DNA of 64,000 nucleotides from an uncultured Alphaproteobacteria bacterium (GCA_944392795.1 CALXXX010000037.1:601-64600), one strand, 5' to 3'; positions 18,807 to 28,875 are shown, counted from the stretch's first letter. Notes: generated by a model from the sequence alone, not told the origin. Numbers and translations: made by a program.

Positions 18807-21800
18807 TTAGAACAATTCCAAAGAAGAGGAAGAACTACCTCCTCCTGGCGTTGTCACTTGCTGTTGTTGTTGTAAAGGCGTTGAAATTCTCTCTGCCTGT
18901 TCAGATGAAGGATAAGAACTTAACCCTTGCTGAGAATTATACAATTCTTCTAAAGTCGATGGGCGTCCACCCGAGGAAACGGATTGAGAGCTGGTCGGTG
19001 TAGGCTGATAAAGCGTTTGTGTCTCATCAGCTTGATTGGTTCCGATTTCTTCCTGTGTCTCACCCTCTCCTGTATATCCAGGATCATAATATACCTCATC
19101 TGCTGGTGCAAATGTGCTTTGATCAGGAGAAGAAATATCTGCAGTAGAAGCAGCTCCTCCCATCGAACCGCCTACCGGACGCTTAGCCATTCCATATTGT
19201 TGCCCTGGTGTCCTAGCCTCAGTTGTATCTGCACCCATCTCAGCCTCATAATCATCAACATCATCTTCTTCTGTCCTCAACCATAAATCCTCCATAGCAA
19301 AGATGGTCATCCTTGTACCTGCCGGAACAAAAACAACTGGCGGAGTAGAAGAAGATTCCTCAATTAACTGATTAAAAATCATTTCCATATCATCAATAAA
19401 ATTCTCACGAGCTTCTTGAGCTGCCTGTGCACGATCGGATTGAGAAGAAGTGCCATAATTTTGATTTTCAGTTACAGTTTCATCAGAAGCGACCAAATAG
19501 CTAATTGCCGAAACCATTGTAGATTGTAAGATTGGTTTACCATAACGTGCTAAGAACATTTCATCCAAATAAGCAGCAACACCTCCACGACCTTGAGCGT
19601 CGCCAGAAATCGCTTGAAGTGTAAAAGAACCACCATCCGGACGAATTAATCGTTCCCAAGAAATCTCCAATTTAGCGACATGATTTGTTCCAGGACTTCC
19701 TGTTACAGAACCTATAAGCTTACTACCCGCAGGAATAATAATATTCCGACCATCTTCTGCATAAACATGACGTTCTACAATTGCCGATGCTGGAACAGAC
19801 ATATAACGACTGTCAATTGAACGCTGTAAAACAGCAGGAATAGCTTTATCTTTTAGTATCATTCGGCTCATATCCACAGGCCAAGAAGAAACCGTTTTTG
19901 AGCCAAAGTCTTTAGCTTGTTTTTTCTTAGCTCTAGCCAAGACACGACCATCTGGTGTAATCTTAGATAGTTTTGAACCAATTCCCTGTTTCATTCCTTC
20001 TCTGCGCTTTGCTAATAAATTACGCATTTGAGCGGCCTGTTCGGGAGAAAATTGAAGGATTTCTTGACCTGTAAATTTCTGATCAGAGCCTGCTCTTAAC
20101 TCATCCGCCAACAAGTTATTAGACAATGAATAAGGAACACCATTTTTTAACTGACCAACCACAGCTCCTGTCATCGGATTAATAATAGAATTATCTGGTA
20201 AAACCATAAATTCTTTATCTCCGATAGCAATCCGACGTCCGCCTAAATTTAAGCCTCCAGCACCAAGACCTGTTCCTTCCAATAAATTACGTCCAGATAC
20301 AAATCCTGTCGCGCCGCTTTCAGGAGACCATCTCCCTATTATATTACCATCTGGGCCATATAAAACGCCGTCTCGTAATGTTCCTATGACATTTCCATTC
20401 AAGTCACGAATGACTCCGTTAGCATCAATTGTTCCAATTAAATTGCCATTCGCATCATAAACATAACCGCATTTAATTGTATAAAGAACTTGACCTTTTT
20501 CATCGCGAATCGTCCCATTATATTGGGCATTCATACAATTATCATCTGAAGTCCATTTCCCTATAATGTTACCGTCTGGATCTAATAAATTACCATTTTC
20601 ATCTATACGACCAATTACATTTCCATTCAAATCACGAATGACCCCATTAGCATCAATTGTTCCGATTAAATTGCCATTTGCATCATAAACCTTACCACAT
20701 TTAATTGTATAAAGTAACTTACCACTGTTATCATGAACAGTTCCATTATATTGAGCATTTAAACAATCCAGAGAATCTGGAGACCATTTTCCAATAATAT
20801 TCCCATTTGCATCAAGTAAATTGCCATTTTCATCTATACGGCCAATGATATTACCATTCAAATCACGAATAACACCATTTTCATCAATCGTTCCAATTAA
20901 ATTGCCATTTGCATCATAAACTTGTCCACATTTAATTGTGTAAAGCAAATTACCTGCATTATCTGTAACAGTTCCATTATACTTACTATTAACACAAGTA
21001 TCATCGCCAAACAATGTTATACTTCCATCTGGATTAATACGACCCCACGGTTTTCCGTTAATCATAATCGTACCATCTGGCAACACTTCACCTATTTGCT
21101 CACCATTCGTATTATAGACTTTACCATCTTTAATATAGCCGATAATATTACCATTTGCATCATACAGATAATTCGGCATTGTCGTAATTCCATTTTTACC
21201 TACTTTACCAATAATATTACCTGCATTATCGTAAATATTACCTTCATCATCAATTCGTCCGATGATATTGCCATTTGGATCATAGAGCGTACCATCAGCA
21301 CCTACGGTAAATAAGTGCTTTCCTTTATTATCAAAAACACGACCGGCTTTATCCATTGTCCCCATAATTTTGCCATCTTCATCAAACAGCAATTGTTCCT
21401 TTTTCAAATCCATTACACGACCGATCACATTACCTTCATTATCTACGACAGTACCATCTCCTAACACTTTGCCGATTACTTCGCCTTTGCTGTTAACAAC
21501 TTGACCGTTTCGTAGTACTCGACCAATGACATTCCCATTTTCGTCAACAACGATACCGCGTTTTAAAACTTTACCTATTACATTACCGTCATGATCGATA
21601 ACCGTCCCATCAAACAAAGAGCAACCGATAGAAACACCACTGATATCTACAACATCAGCGTCTGGTAACGTCCGTCCAAGAAGTGTTCCATCTTCAGCTA
21701 TAACTGATCCTTTTTGAACAACACCTCCGACATTGGTTCCATCAAGAGATACGGCCGAACCATCTAAGTTCAACACAGCTACTACTTGACCATTTCCATC

Positions 21801-24800
21801 TATCACGCGACCATCATAACGAACTTGACCTACAATTTTACATTGATTATCCGTCACCAGGTTATTTGGAATAACAGCACCCAAGGTTTTTAAAGCATGT
21901 GAACCCTTTACTGCACCATTAGAAGCTAAATTACCAACTATATTACCTTGAATGCTTGTTACATTACCGTCACCGGTTGTATTACCAATGACATTTGTTT
22001 GGTGATCAATAGCTGTACGCCATGAAACCAAAGCACCAGCCAAATTACCATCATTGCCCAATAAAGTTGCATCATCCAAAATTTGAGCAATTGTCTCATT
22101 TGATGTATTCAGAACATCACCAGAAGGCATTGCACGACCGAACAATTCAGGTTTCAAGCCAATAGCAACACCACTTGCAACGACATCCCCAATATCCGGC
22201 ATCGTACCATACACATCTCGAGTAAGCAACTGGACTATTGTTCCGTCCTGCATAACACGACCAGCTAAAGCACCTCCTGCACTGACAACTGAGCCATCGG
22301 AAGCGACAAAACCAAGCTTCTTTGCAAAATCATTAACAGCAACACCTGTAGGCATTGTTAAACCAACCAATTCATTTTGTGCCGTTAAGACAGAACCAAA
22401 TGGCATTAAAGTTCCTAATTTAGATCCCTGTGCATCATTAATAGTACTTGAAACGGAAGTACTTGCAACAACATGACCATCTTTAGAAACGATGACATTT
22501 GGCGCAATGACACCACCCAAAACGCGATCTAACAAATCATACATCGTTTGATCTGTTAAAACACGACCGGCAAGCGCACCGCCTCCCATAACTCCACCAT
22601 CTGGCATAACATTACCAGGAACTGCTAAATCAAGCCCTAATGCTATTCCAAAAGGAACTGATCCTCCGACGATTTCACGATTACGATCAATAATTCTAAG
22701 ACTTGTTGTATAAGTATCTTTTACTGTTTCCGTATCAGTTTCCCGCAGAACAGTTGCATTTGGGAAAATATGTCCTGTCACTTTTCCTTGTTCATTCAAA
22801 GCGTATCCAGGCTCCATAATCTGACCAATAACGTTGTTGTTTGCATCAACAACTGTCGTCCCAATTAAAACGCCTAACTCTGCACCTTTAGCATTACGAA
22901 CTTTTCCATCAAATCCCATAGAACCCAATACTTTTCCTTTTTGATCGAAAACAAGAGCTCCATAAGGAATATATTGTCCTAATACATCACCATTTGAATT
23001 GAATAAACGATTATCCGAAGCTATGACACCAATTAATTGACCACGATTATTAACAACTGACCCATCATAGCGCGTATATCCTAAAAGCTCGCCAGCAGGA
23101 TCTAAAGCTAAACCAGCAGGTAAAACACGACCAACCCAAATATCATTCTCATTCATCATACGATTATCGAATGGGAAAGCGCCTAAAACTTCTCCTGTCC
23201 GCCCCAATACACGTCCGTCTACTGAAACTGTCCCGACAAAAGCACCTTTCAAATCTGTAACAGTTTGACGCGGAATAATATGACCAATTTGCATACCTTC
23301 TTCATTAACAGCATACCCATCAGGCATCACAGAACCTATTGGTTTACCCTCTGTATTATTTAACTTCCCTTGGAAAGAAAGCCAGCCACGAATGTCCTTA
23401 TTATTTCCCATGACAGAACCTAAACGAACCAAACTTCCAATAACCTCACCAGCATCATTGAAAATTGTTCCTGCGGCTGTCATATGTGCTATCTTCTTAC
23501 CATCTTTATTTACATCTCCGTTAATGGTTAAAAAGCCTAAAAGCTCACCATTCTCTCCCAAAGGAATCGAAGCTTCTGGGAAAACCATACCAATAACATT
23601 CCCATTTGTATCAAGTACCGTTCTATTCAACTGTATCGTTCCAACCTCTTCTTGAGATGAGGAAAGAACTTTCCCTGTTCCTTGAACACTACCGATAACA
23701 TTTCCATTCCAATCTAAAACGGTTCCTGTCGGCATTAAGCCACCTAAAATAATACCATCAGCGTTTACGACTGAACCATCCGCGCGAATAATACCCATCG
23801 GCTGCAAGTTCACATCAATAACTGATCCATCAGCTTGAATTGAACCTATGCGCTCACCATTGATATTGATAACCTGACTGCCATCTGGTATCAAAGCACC
23901 AATTATTTCACTTTTTTCTAAACTGACCGCTGTTAAGTCTGGTAAAACACGTCCAAAGCGATTACCTTCTTGATCCACAGCATATCCTGTTTTACTCGTA
24001 AAACGACCCAAGAAACGACCTTCCGGTGAAACAATTATACCATCTGGCGGAATGAAACCTATAATCTCTCCTCGTTCATTGACAACTTTCCCATCAATCA
24101 AGGTCCCAATTTTACGACCGTTTTCATCATAAACATCTGTTCCAATGACTGTCCATCCGGTTGGATTGCCGTTTTCATCCAAAATAACCCCTCCAACCGA
24201 AACAACGCGACCAATAATTTCACCCTTATCATTAACAACACTTCCGTCCGGATTGACGCATCCAATAACTTGCCCTGTTTTATCTACAACCTTACCATCT
24301 GGACGAACAATTCCTATCATCTTACCATCGATACCTACAACTGCGCCAGCGGGAGTAACGGCTCCGATAATTTCTCGAGCTTGATTTAAAACATTTTTAT
24401 CTGGGTTGACCGTCCCAACTTGTGTTCCCTCCGTATCCAAAACACGACCATCTAAATCAATAATACCTAATAAAACGCATCCTTGAGCTATTGCTGTACC
24501 TTTGGGAACAACTGCACCAAAAACCTTATTATTAATGTCAACAGCATAACCGGTCGATAAAACTTTACCAACAGCATCTCCTGTTTGCTTAACAACAGAT
24601 CCATTCGGTAAAACAATCCCTTGAACCTGTAAATCATATCCGACAACGCGACCTCTAGGAAGAACAGCACCCTTAATTTCTTTACCAGAAGCAACCGTAC
24701 CATCAGGATTTAAGCAACCCAACATATCTGCAGTCGCGCTAATCGCCTTTCCCTCAGAATTAACAAAAGCTATAACATTTCCCTGCGTATCTATGACTAA

Positions 24801-26138
24801 GCCTTCTCGAACGACCATACCAGTCGGAACTGCACCCATATCCATAACCAGGCCATCAATCGTTACATAACCGATTTGTTGTTCAAAAGCATTCATAATC
24901 TTACCATTCTGACGAACCTTGCCAAGAGAATGACAACCATGCCCAATTGCTAAACCTTTTGGTACAATGCCGCCAATAATATTTCCTGTTGCATTAACAA
25001 CTAAACCGCCAGGTAAAACACGACCGATCTTTTGTTTCTCTATATTGATGACTGAACCATCTTTTTGTGTAATACCAACAGCTTGAGATGATAAATTTAA
25101 AATAACAGACCACGGCATAACAGAACCAATAATCCGTCCATCTAAGCCAACAATAGTTCCATCTGCCATCGGCAAGCCAACCAATTTTTGATTAGAATCT
25201 ACAACCGTTCCATCAGAAATTAAAGAACCAACAACTTGTCCTGTACTATCCAAAACAGGTAAAAGTGGTAATGCGGCACCTAAAACTTTTAATTCTTTAT
25301 TGACAATCGTATCATCTTGCAAAATACGACCAATAACTTTGCCTTCCGCATTCACGACCTCACTTGTATCTTTTAAGATTTGCCCTAAAATTGTCCCGTC
25401 TAAAGCAATTGCTATTTTTTCCGGTTCAACGATACCAACGATTTCACCATCTTTCGTATACATACCTGTTTCAGGATCTAAAACACCTAATAGCTTTTCA
25501 CGTTCTTTAGCTTCATTTTCAGAAATAACATCCTCACAGATAACACATGGTTCAGAATCAACTGATTGTCCTGATAAGGTAATCATTAAATTCTTCTCTG
25601 AAGGAGGAGGAAATGCCGTTGGATCATCTAATTTCCAACGAATATCTAAGTTATTCTGAAGCCGGCGAACAGTTACGGGATTCCATAACACCTTGATATT
25701 GCATGAGCTTCCTTGCGGAATAACATCTCCTGCTTTACAACCGCCCTCAATGATAAAACCATCCTGCTGTGTTTCCACTAAATCCATACTAACTAACTGA
25801 ATTGGACCACCCTCTGCTTGCAAAGTGATTACCGATTCTGTTGAGCTTCCCACAACGACCCCCTCTAACATGAGACTACTGGGATTTGCACGTAAATTCA
25901 ATCCTTCATCAACGGGACGCGTTAAGTCTAATGGATCAGTCTTTGGAACAGTAACTTCTGGTCCTTGATTGTCAGGGAACTCGATGATCGTTTCTTCCGG
26001 TGCTTGTGTCGTACCCTGGGAAATGATAAATAAAGCAACTAAAAACACCAAAAGAGCAAGAACCCCAATCAGTAAAAATATCCGATTAGATTTCTTGACA
26101 TGTTGCTCTAAAGAGCTTTGATAAATATTGTCTGCCAT
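18807..26138 (-). CDS. virB10: Giant VirB10-like T4SS core protein (2443 aa) with a very large internal repeat expansion (CagY-like architecture)
   Basis: N-terminal cytoplasmic segment plus one TM (FLLIGVLALLVFLVALFII). About 1750 aa of degenerate ~12-aa repeats (consensus roughly V-x-D-x-x-G-x-V-I-G-x-V). Three ~77-aa near-identical repeats (…YNGTVxDNxGxLLYTIKCGxVYDANGNLIGTID…). Gly-rich linker. Then a canonical VirB10/TrbI C-terminal domain (…HVYAEDGRNIIIPAGSKLIGSV…ISWERLIRPDGGSFTLQA…GVAAYLDEMF…) and a ~180-aa acidic/Ser-Thr-Gln tail. It sits between virB9 and virB11. Confidence 0.8.
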   Translation of the reverse strand: MADNIYQSSLEQHVKKSNRIFLLIGVLALLVFLVALFIISQGTTQAPEETIIEFPDNQGPEVTVPKTDPLDLTRPVDEGLNLRANPSSLMLEGVVVGSSTESVITLQAEGGPIQLVSMDLVETQQDGFIIEGGCKAGDVIPQGSSCNIKVLWNPVTVRRLQNNLDIRWKLDDPTAFPPPSEKNLMITLSGQSVDSEPCVICEDVISENEAKEREKLLGVLDPETGMYTKDGEIVGIVEPEKIAIALDGTILGQILKDTSEVVNAEGKVIGRILQDDTIVNKELKVLGAALPLLPVLDSTGQVVGSLISDGTVVDSNQKLVGLPMADGTIVGLDGRIIGSVMPWSVILNLSSQAVGITQKDGSVINIEKQKIGRVLPGGLVVNATGNIIGGIVPKGLAIGHGCHSLGKVRQNGKIMNAFEQQIGYVTIDGLVMDMGAVPTGMVVREGLVIDTQGNVIAFVNSEGKAISATADMLGCLNPDGTVASGKEIKGAVLPRGRVVGYDLQVQGIVLPNGSVVKQTGDAVGKVLSTGYAVDINNKVFGAVVPKGTAIAQGCVLLGIIDLDGRVLDTEGTQVGTVNPDKNVLNQAREIIGAVTPAGAVVGIDGKMIGIVRPDGKVVDKTGQVIGCVNPDGSVVNDKGEIIGRVVSVGGVILDENGNPTGWTVIGTDVYDENGRKIGTLIDGKVVNERGEIIGFIPPDGIIVSPEGRFLGRFTSKTGYAVDQEGNRFGRVLPDLTAVSLEKSEIIGALIPDGSQVININGERIGSIQADGSVIDVNLQPMGIIRADGSVVNADGIILGGLMPTGTVLDWNGNVIGSVQGTGKVLSSSQEEVGTIQLNRTVLDTNGNVIGMVFPEASIPLGENGELLGFLTINGDVNKDGKKIAHMTAAGTIFNDAGEVIGSLVRLGSVMGNNKDIRGWLSFQGKLNNTEGKPIGSVMPDGYAVNEEGMQIGHIIPRQTVTDLKGAFVGTVSVDGRVLGRTGEVLGAFPFDNRMMNENDIWVGRVLPAGLALDPAGELLGYTRYDGSVVNNRGQLIGVIASDNRLFNSNGDVLGQYIPYGALVFDQKGKVLGSMGFDGKVRNAKGAELGVLIGTTVVDANNNVIGQIMEPGYALNEQGKVTGHIFPNATVLRETDTETVKDTYTTSLRIIDRNREIVGGSVPFGIALGLDLAVPGNVMPDGGVMGGGALAGRVLTDQTMYDLLDRVLGGVIAPNVIVSKDGHVVASTSVSSTINDAQGSKLGTLMPFGSVLTAQNELVGLTMPTGVAVNDFAKKLGFVASDGSVVSAGGALAGRVMQDGTIVQLLTRDVYGTMPDIGDVVASGVAIGLKPELFGRAMPSGDVLNTSNETIAQILDDATLLGNDGNLAGALVSWRTAIDHQTNVIGNTTGDGNVTSIQGNIVGNLASNGAVKGSHALKTLGAVIPNNLVTDNQCKIVGQVRYDGRVIDGNGQVVAVLNLDGSAVSLDGTNVGGVVQKGSVIAEDGTLLGRTLPDADVVDISGVSIGCSLFDGTVIDHDGNVIGKVLKRGIVVDENGNVIGRVLRNGQVVNSKGEVIGKVLGDGTVVDNEGNVIGRVMDLKKEQLLFDEDGKIMGTMDKAGRVFDNKGKHLFTVGADGTLYDPNGNIIGRIDDEGNIYDNAGNIIGKVGKNGITTMPNYLYDANGNIIGYIKDGKVYNTNGEQIGEVLPDGTIMINGKPWGRINPDGSITLFGDDTCVNSKYNGTVTDNAGNLLYTIKCGQVYDANGNLIGTIDENGVIRDLNGNIIGRIDENGNLLDANGNIIGKWSPDSLDCLNAQYNGTVHDNSGKLLYTIKCGKVYDANGNLIGTIDANGVIRDLNGNVIGRIDENGNLLDPDGNIIGKWTSDDNCMNAQYNGTIRDEKGQVLYTIKCGYVYDANGNLIGTIDANGVIRDLNGNVIGTLRDGVLYGPDGNIIGRWSPESGATGFVSGRNLLEGTGLGAGGLNLGGRRIAIGDKEFMVLPDNSIINPMTGAVVGQLKNGVPYSLSNNLLADELRAGSDQKFTGQEILQFSPEQAAQMRNLLAKRREGMKQGIGSKLSKITPDGRVLARAKKKQAKDFGSKTVSSWPVDMSRMILKDKAIPAVLQRSIDSRYMSVPASAIVERHVYAEDGRNIIIPAGSKLIGSVTGSPGTNHVAKLEISWERLIRPDGGSFTLQAISGDAQGRGGVAAYLDEMFLARYGKPILQSTMVSAISYLVASDETVTENQNYGTSSQSDRAQAAQEARENFIDDMEMIFNQLIEESSSTPPVVFVPAGTRMTIFAMEDLWLRTEEDDVDDYEAEMGADTTEARTPGQQYGMAKRPVGGSMGGAASTADISSPDQSTFAPADEVYYDPGYTGEGETQEEIGTNQADETQTLYQPTPTSSQSVSSGGRPSTLEELYNSQQGLSSYPSSEQAERISTPLQQQQQVTTPGGGSSSSSLELF
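20290..20990 (-). repeat. Three tandem ~231-bp near-identical direct repeats inside virB10
   Basis: Seen directly: units beginning near 20400, 20632 and 20863 all start tcacgaatga(c/a)…catcaat(t/c)gttcc(a/g)attaaattgccatt(c/t)gcatcataaac… and are roughly 85-90% identical by eye. Each encodes a ~77-aa module containing two Cys. Confidence 0.7.
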
Positions 26139-26167
26139 CGTATCCCAACATTTGTTAAATCGTTAAA

Positions 26168-27838
26168 CTATTGTGTTCTAATTACAGAACACACTAATCC
26201 TTTTTTAGACAGTTGTTCGCAAATATCATCCCCTGCACTTACAGAAGACACAGGTCCTATCCGTAAACGGAATAATTCTGGAGCGCCTCCTTCTGCCATT
26301 GTGTCAACAGAGAAGTAAGGATTATATCCTTGCAACAATGCCTTATTCTTTGAACGAATCTGCTCCCAGCGACTTTCCAACTCTGAAATACTCGTGCCAG
26401 TTGCTAATTCAATTGCTATATTATCGGTCGGCATAATATTAAACGCCGATTGCGGAGCGCCATTTGAAGAGGGCATTATACCTTGCATAACATCCATAAT
26501 TCCTTGAGACGCTTGCGGATTATTTCTAATCCCTACTGGCAGTGGAGCCATATTACTATAAATATTTTCAGTGACACCGCCATAAGGGTTCACCTGTACT
26601 TGTTCTACTAGTTGCATACCTTGCATATCGCCTACCGCAGCAGAATAAGTTGAAGCTTGCGGTGTCGGTTGAGCTTGTTGCGAAGGTTGCTCGGCTCTCC
26701 ACTGATTTTCTTCTGACCAAGAATAATCTGTCTGATCTAACCCCATTGCAGGATCTCGGCGCATTTTCAAACAAACCAGACGTTGACCATTACGTAAAAC
26801 CATATCTCCGACACCTTCAACAACTAACAAGCGACTATGCTCGCCCTTTGTTCGAGAACCAACAGGAACTTCTGAACCTTGAACAATTAAGTTAACAACT
26901 GGACGCTGTGTCATTGTTAAAGCTTTTTTGCCAAAATCAATATAAGTAAAGATATCATCTCTCCATACTCGCTCTGGAGCTAGTTCAATATCACTTGGAT
27001 TTGGAATAAAGACATCAATATCAAAACGGAATTTTTCTGGATCAACAGGAATTGTTTCCAACCAGTTCTTAGGCGCATTGCCGGCGGTATTTAAACCAAC
27101 TGTCGGATTTTGATTAGCGCCTGGTGCGATTCCTCCAGCACTGGCCCATCCTGGAGCTCCCCCGCGTGCGCCGCCGACTGAGCCTGCTGTCACAGAAGCG
27201 CCATTAGGAACGTTCAGTGTACCACCATCTGCGACCGGCGTATACTTGGGCCCGACTAAAACATCTACCACAGCATTTGTAATACGATCAGTGTTATAAG
27301 TTTCGCTACGCAAATAGAAAACATATCTATTTCCGGATCTGCCAAAAATAATCATATTGCTATCAACCCCCAAATAAGTCGGATCAGCATAAAGCAACAA
27401 AGAGTTCGGTGCTGCTATTTCGCCGCCAAAAGACTCTGGAGAACCTATATGAACTTTTTCAATCAACTCCCATGTCGGCAAGTTAATTAAAGTCATCATT
27501 CCTTCACGTAAACGAATAGGTAAAACGATATCTGGTGTCCATACATATCGAGAATAACCTGGCTTAATTTGTCCTTCACCTAAATGTTGCATTGGATCAT
27601 TCCATGCTTTTTGTTGCATCCCGAGTGAAGTAATGTAACTCAGGTTTATCGCATCAAAACTGCCTGCCGTTTGAGCCATAGCATCGCTCATCTGAGCAGC
27701 ATCAACATCTCCCGGCTGAACCTGTTGCGCCAAAACAAAAGTCGAGGTTAGTGCAAAAACACCTACCGTCGCCATCATCACCCATTTTTTTGTATTTTTC
27801 ATCTTTGACATCTGCGAACTCTTTCGATTGATTAACAC
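26168..27838 (-). CDS. virB9: VirB9/CagX-like T4SS outer-membrane core protein, 556 aa
   Basis: Signal peptide (KNTKKWVMMATVGVFALTSTFVLAQQ). N-domain block RYVWTPDIVLPIRLREGMMTLINLPTWELIEKVHIGSP…NRYVFYL. C-domain block PERVWRDDIFTYIDFGKK…RPVVNLIVQGSEV…LLVVEGVGDMVLRNGQRLVCLK, typical of VirB9. A long Gly/Ala/Pro-rich linker sits between the domains. The ORF's first codon is GTG; ATG codons at 27811 or 27802 are more likely starts. Confidence 0.72.
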   Translation of the reverse strand: MLINRKSSQMSKMKNTKKWVMMATVGVFALTSTFVLAQQVQPGDVDAAQMSDAMAQTAGSFDAINLSYITSLGMQQKAWNDPMQHLGEGQIKPGYSRYVWTPDIVLPIRLREGMMTLINLPTWELIEKVHIGSPESFGGEIAAPNSLLLYADPTYLGVDSNMIIFGRSGNRYVFYLRSETYNTDRITNAVVDVLVGPKYTPVADGGTLNVPNGASVTAGSVGGARGGAPGWASAGGIAPGANQNPTVGLNTAGNAPKNWLETIPVDPEKFRFDIDVFIPNPSDIELAPERVWRDDIFTYIDFGKKALTMTQRPVVNLIVQGSEVPVGSRTKGEHSRLLVVEGVGDMVLRNGQRLVCLKMRRDPAMGLDQTDYSWSEENQWRAEQPSQQAQPTPQASTYSAAVGDMQGMQLVEQVQVNPYGGVTENIYSNMAPLPVGIRNNPQASQGIMDVMQGIMPSSNGAPQSAFNIMPTDNIAIELATGTSISELESRWEQIRSKNKALLQGYNPYFSVDTMAEGGAPELFRLRIGPVSSVSAGDDICEQLSKKGLVCSVIRTQ

Positions 27839-27930
27839 CTAACACTAAAATAAATCAAACTTAAAACAAAAGTCTACTGAAAAATGATATTAAATCATAA
27901 AAATTAACAAACCGTTATTTTTCAGTGTTT

Positions 27931-28695
27931 TTATTCTCCTACCGTCCCAACATTCCCTTTTGGGGTAATACTATACCTTACAACCGTAAAACCAATTGGA
28001 TTTTTTAAACGGTTAGCCCATTTTTCTTGTTTATTTAAAAATTGTACACGTAACCGAACTTGCCAGATTTGACGGATCGGCGCTGAACGCTCTGGCAACA
28101 TATCTATTGTTTCTACTTCTGCCTCCCAAGCATCCCCTTCCCTTGGATTAGTTTCTAATTTATATACCGATAAAATATTGACCTCTCGTGTTAAACGTTC
28201 TTCCCGAATACGCGAAAAAGCCTCACTCGTCGTCTGATTAAATTCTGCAAAAACACCATCGTTACTCATCCATCTGATAGGACCTCGATCTCCCCAACGT
28301 TGCAGCATCTCATCAACATCTGAAACGACAGAATGACGTGTCACAATGTATTGACGTATCAAAGATTCCGCAACTCGCTCTAACAAACTTGAGTCAGGCT
28401 GCATCTGTGTAATTCGAACGATTTGTGCATCCTTGTTTTCAAAAGTTAAATAAAAAGGCTGAACACGTGTTAACGGAACCAAAGAAAAAAGAGCCATAAT
28501 TAAAATAATATTCGTACAAAAACTAATTGCACAAACAATGGCAAAAGCACGAGCTGTCCAAAGATATCGGCGTTCCCGCAAATTTTCTTCAATTTCATCA
28601 ACACCCTGCTCTTCGGGTAATGTATTTGTCTCTTCAACTTCCGAGTTTTCTACAGAAGAGCCTCTTTTGACCAGAGGAAACCCTATCTTGCGCAT
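27931..28695 (-). CDS. virB8: VirB8-like T4SS inner-membrane protein (paralog b)
   Basis: Cytoplasmic N-tail, single TM (AFAIVCAISFCTNIILIMALFSLV), a periplasmic NTF2-like region and the C-terminal NPIGFTVVRY motif (VirB8 NPxGFxVxxY). Confidence 0.68.
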   Translation of the reverse strand: MRKIGFPLVKRGSSVENSEVEETNTLPEEQGVDEIEENLRERRYLWTARAFAIVCAISFCTNIILIMALFSLVPLTRVQPFYLTFENKDAQIVRITQMQPDSSLLERVAESLIRQYIVTRHSVVSDVDEMLQRWGDRGPIRWMSNDGVFAEFNQTTSEAFSRIREERLTREVNILSVYKLETNPREGDAWEAEVETIDMLPERSAPIRQIWQVRLRVQFLNKQEKWANRLKNPIGFTVVRYSITPKGNVGTVGE

Positions 28696-28716
28696 ATATT
28701 TCAGCCTTCTTTAACC

Positions 28717-28875
28717 TTAAGAATACCACTCAGGTAAACCAGGCATCAATTCAACTTCTAAGCATGCGCAAGGAGATTGCTTTAATTCAGAATAATCTAT
28801 TCCGATACCAACTGGTTCTTTCTCATAAATAGAACCACAGGCAACTAATAAAGCTGTCACCGCAATACCAGCAAA
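28717..28875 (-). CDS. Small lipoprotein, VirB7-like by position (53 aa from ATG 28875; ORF frame extends to 28935)
   Basis: MKNILIFAGIAVTALLVACGS gives a lipobox LVAC. GAAAGGAAAG RBS before the ATG. It sits between the two virB8 paralogs, as in Rickettsiales-type virB8-virB7-virB8 operons. Confidence 0.45.
   Translation of the reverse strand, partial: FAGIAVTALLVACGSIYEKEPVGIGIDYSELKQSPCACLEVELMPGLPEWYS

Noticed and set aside
20922-25659. Plus-strand ORFs of 79-130 aa (20922-21314, 23392-23655, 24145-24384, 25300-25659) with Ile/Thr/Pro-rich periodic translations
   Set aside because: They lie antisense inside the virB10 repeat region, and the periodic amino-acid patterns are shadow frames of the coding repeats. 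They have no independent start or RBS context and are not separate genes.
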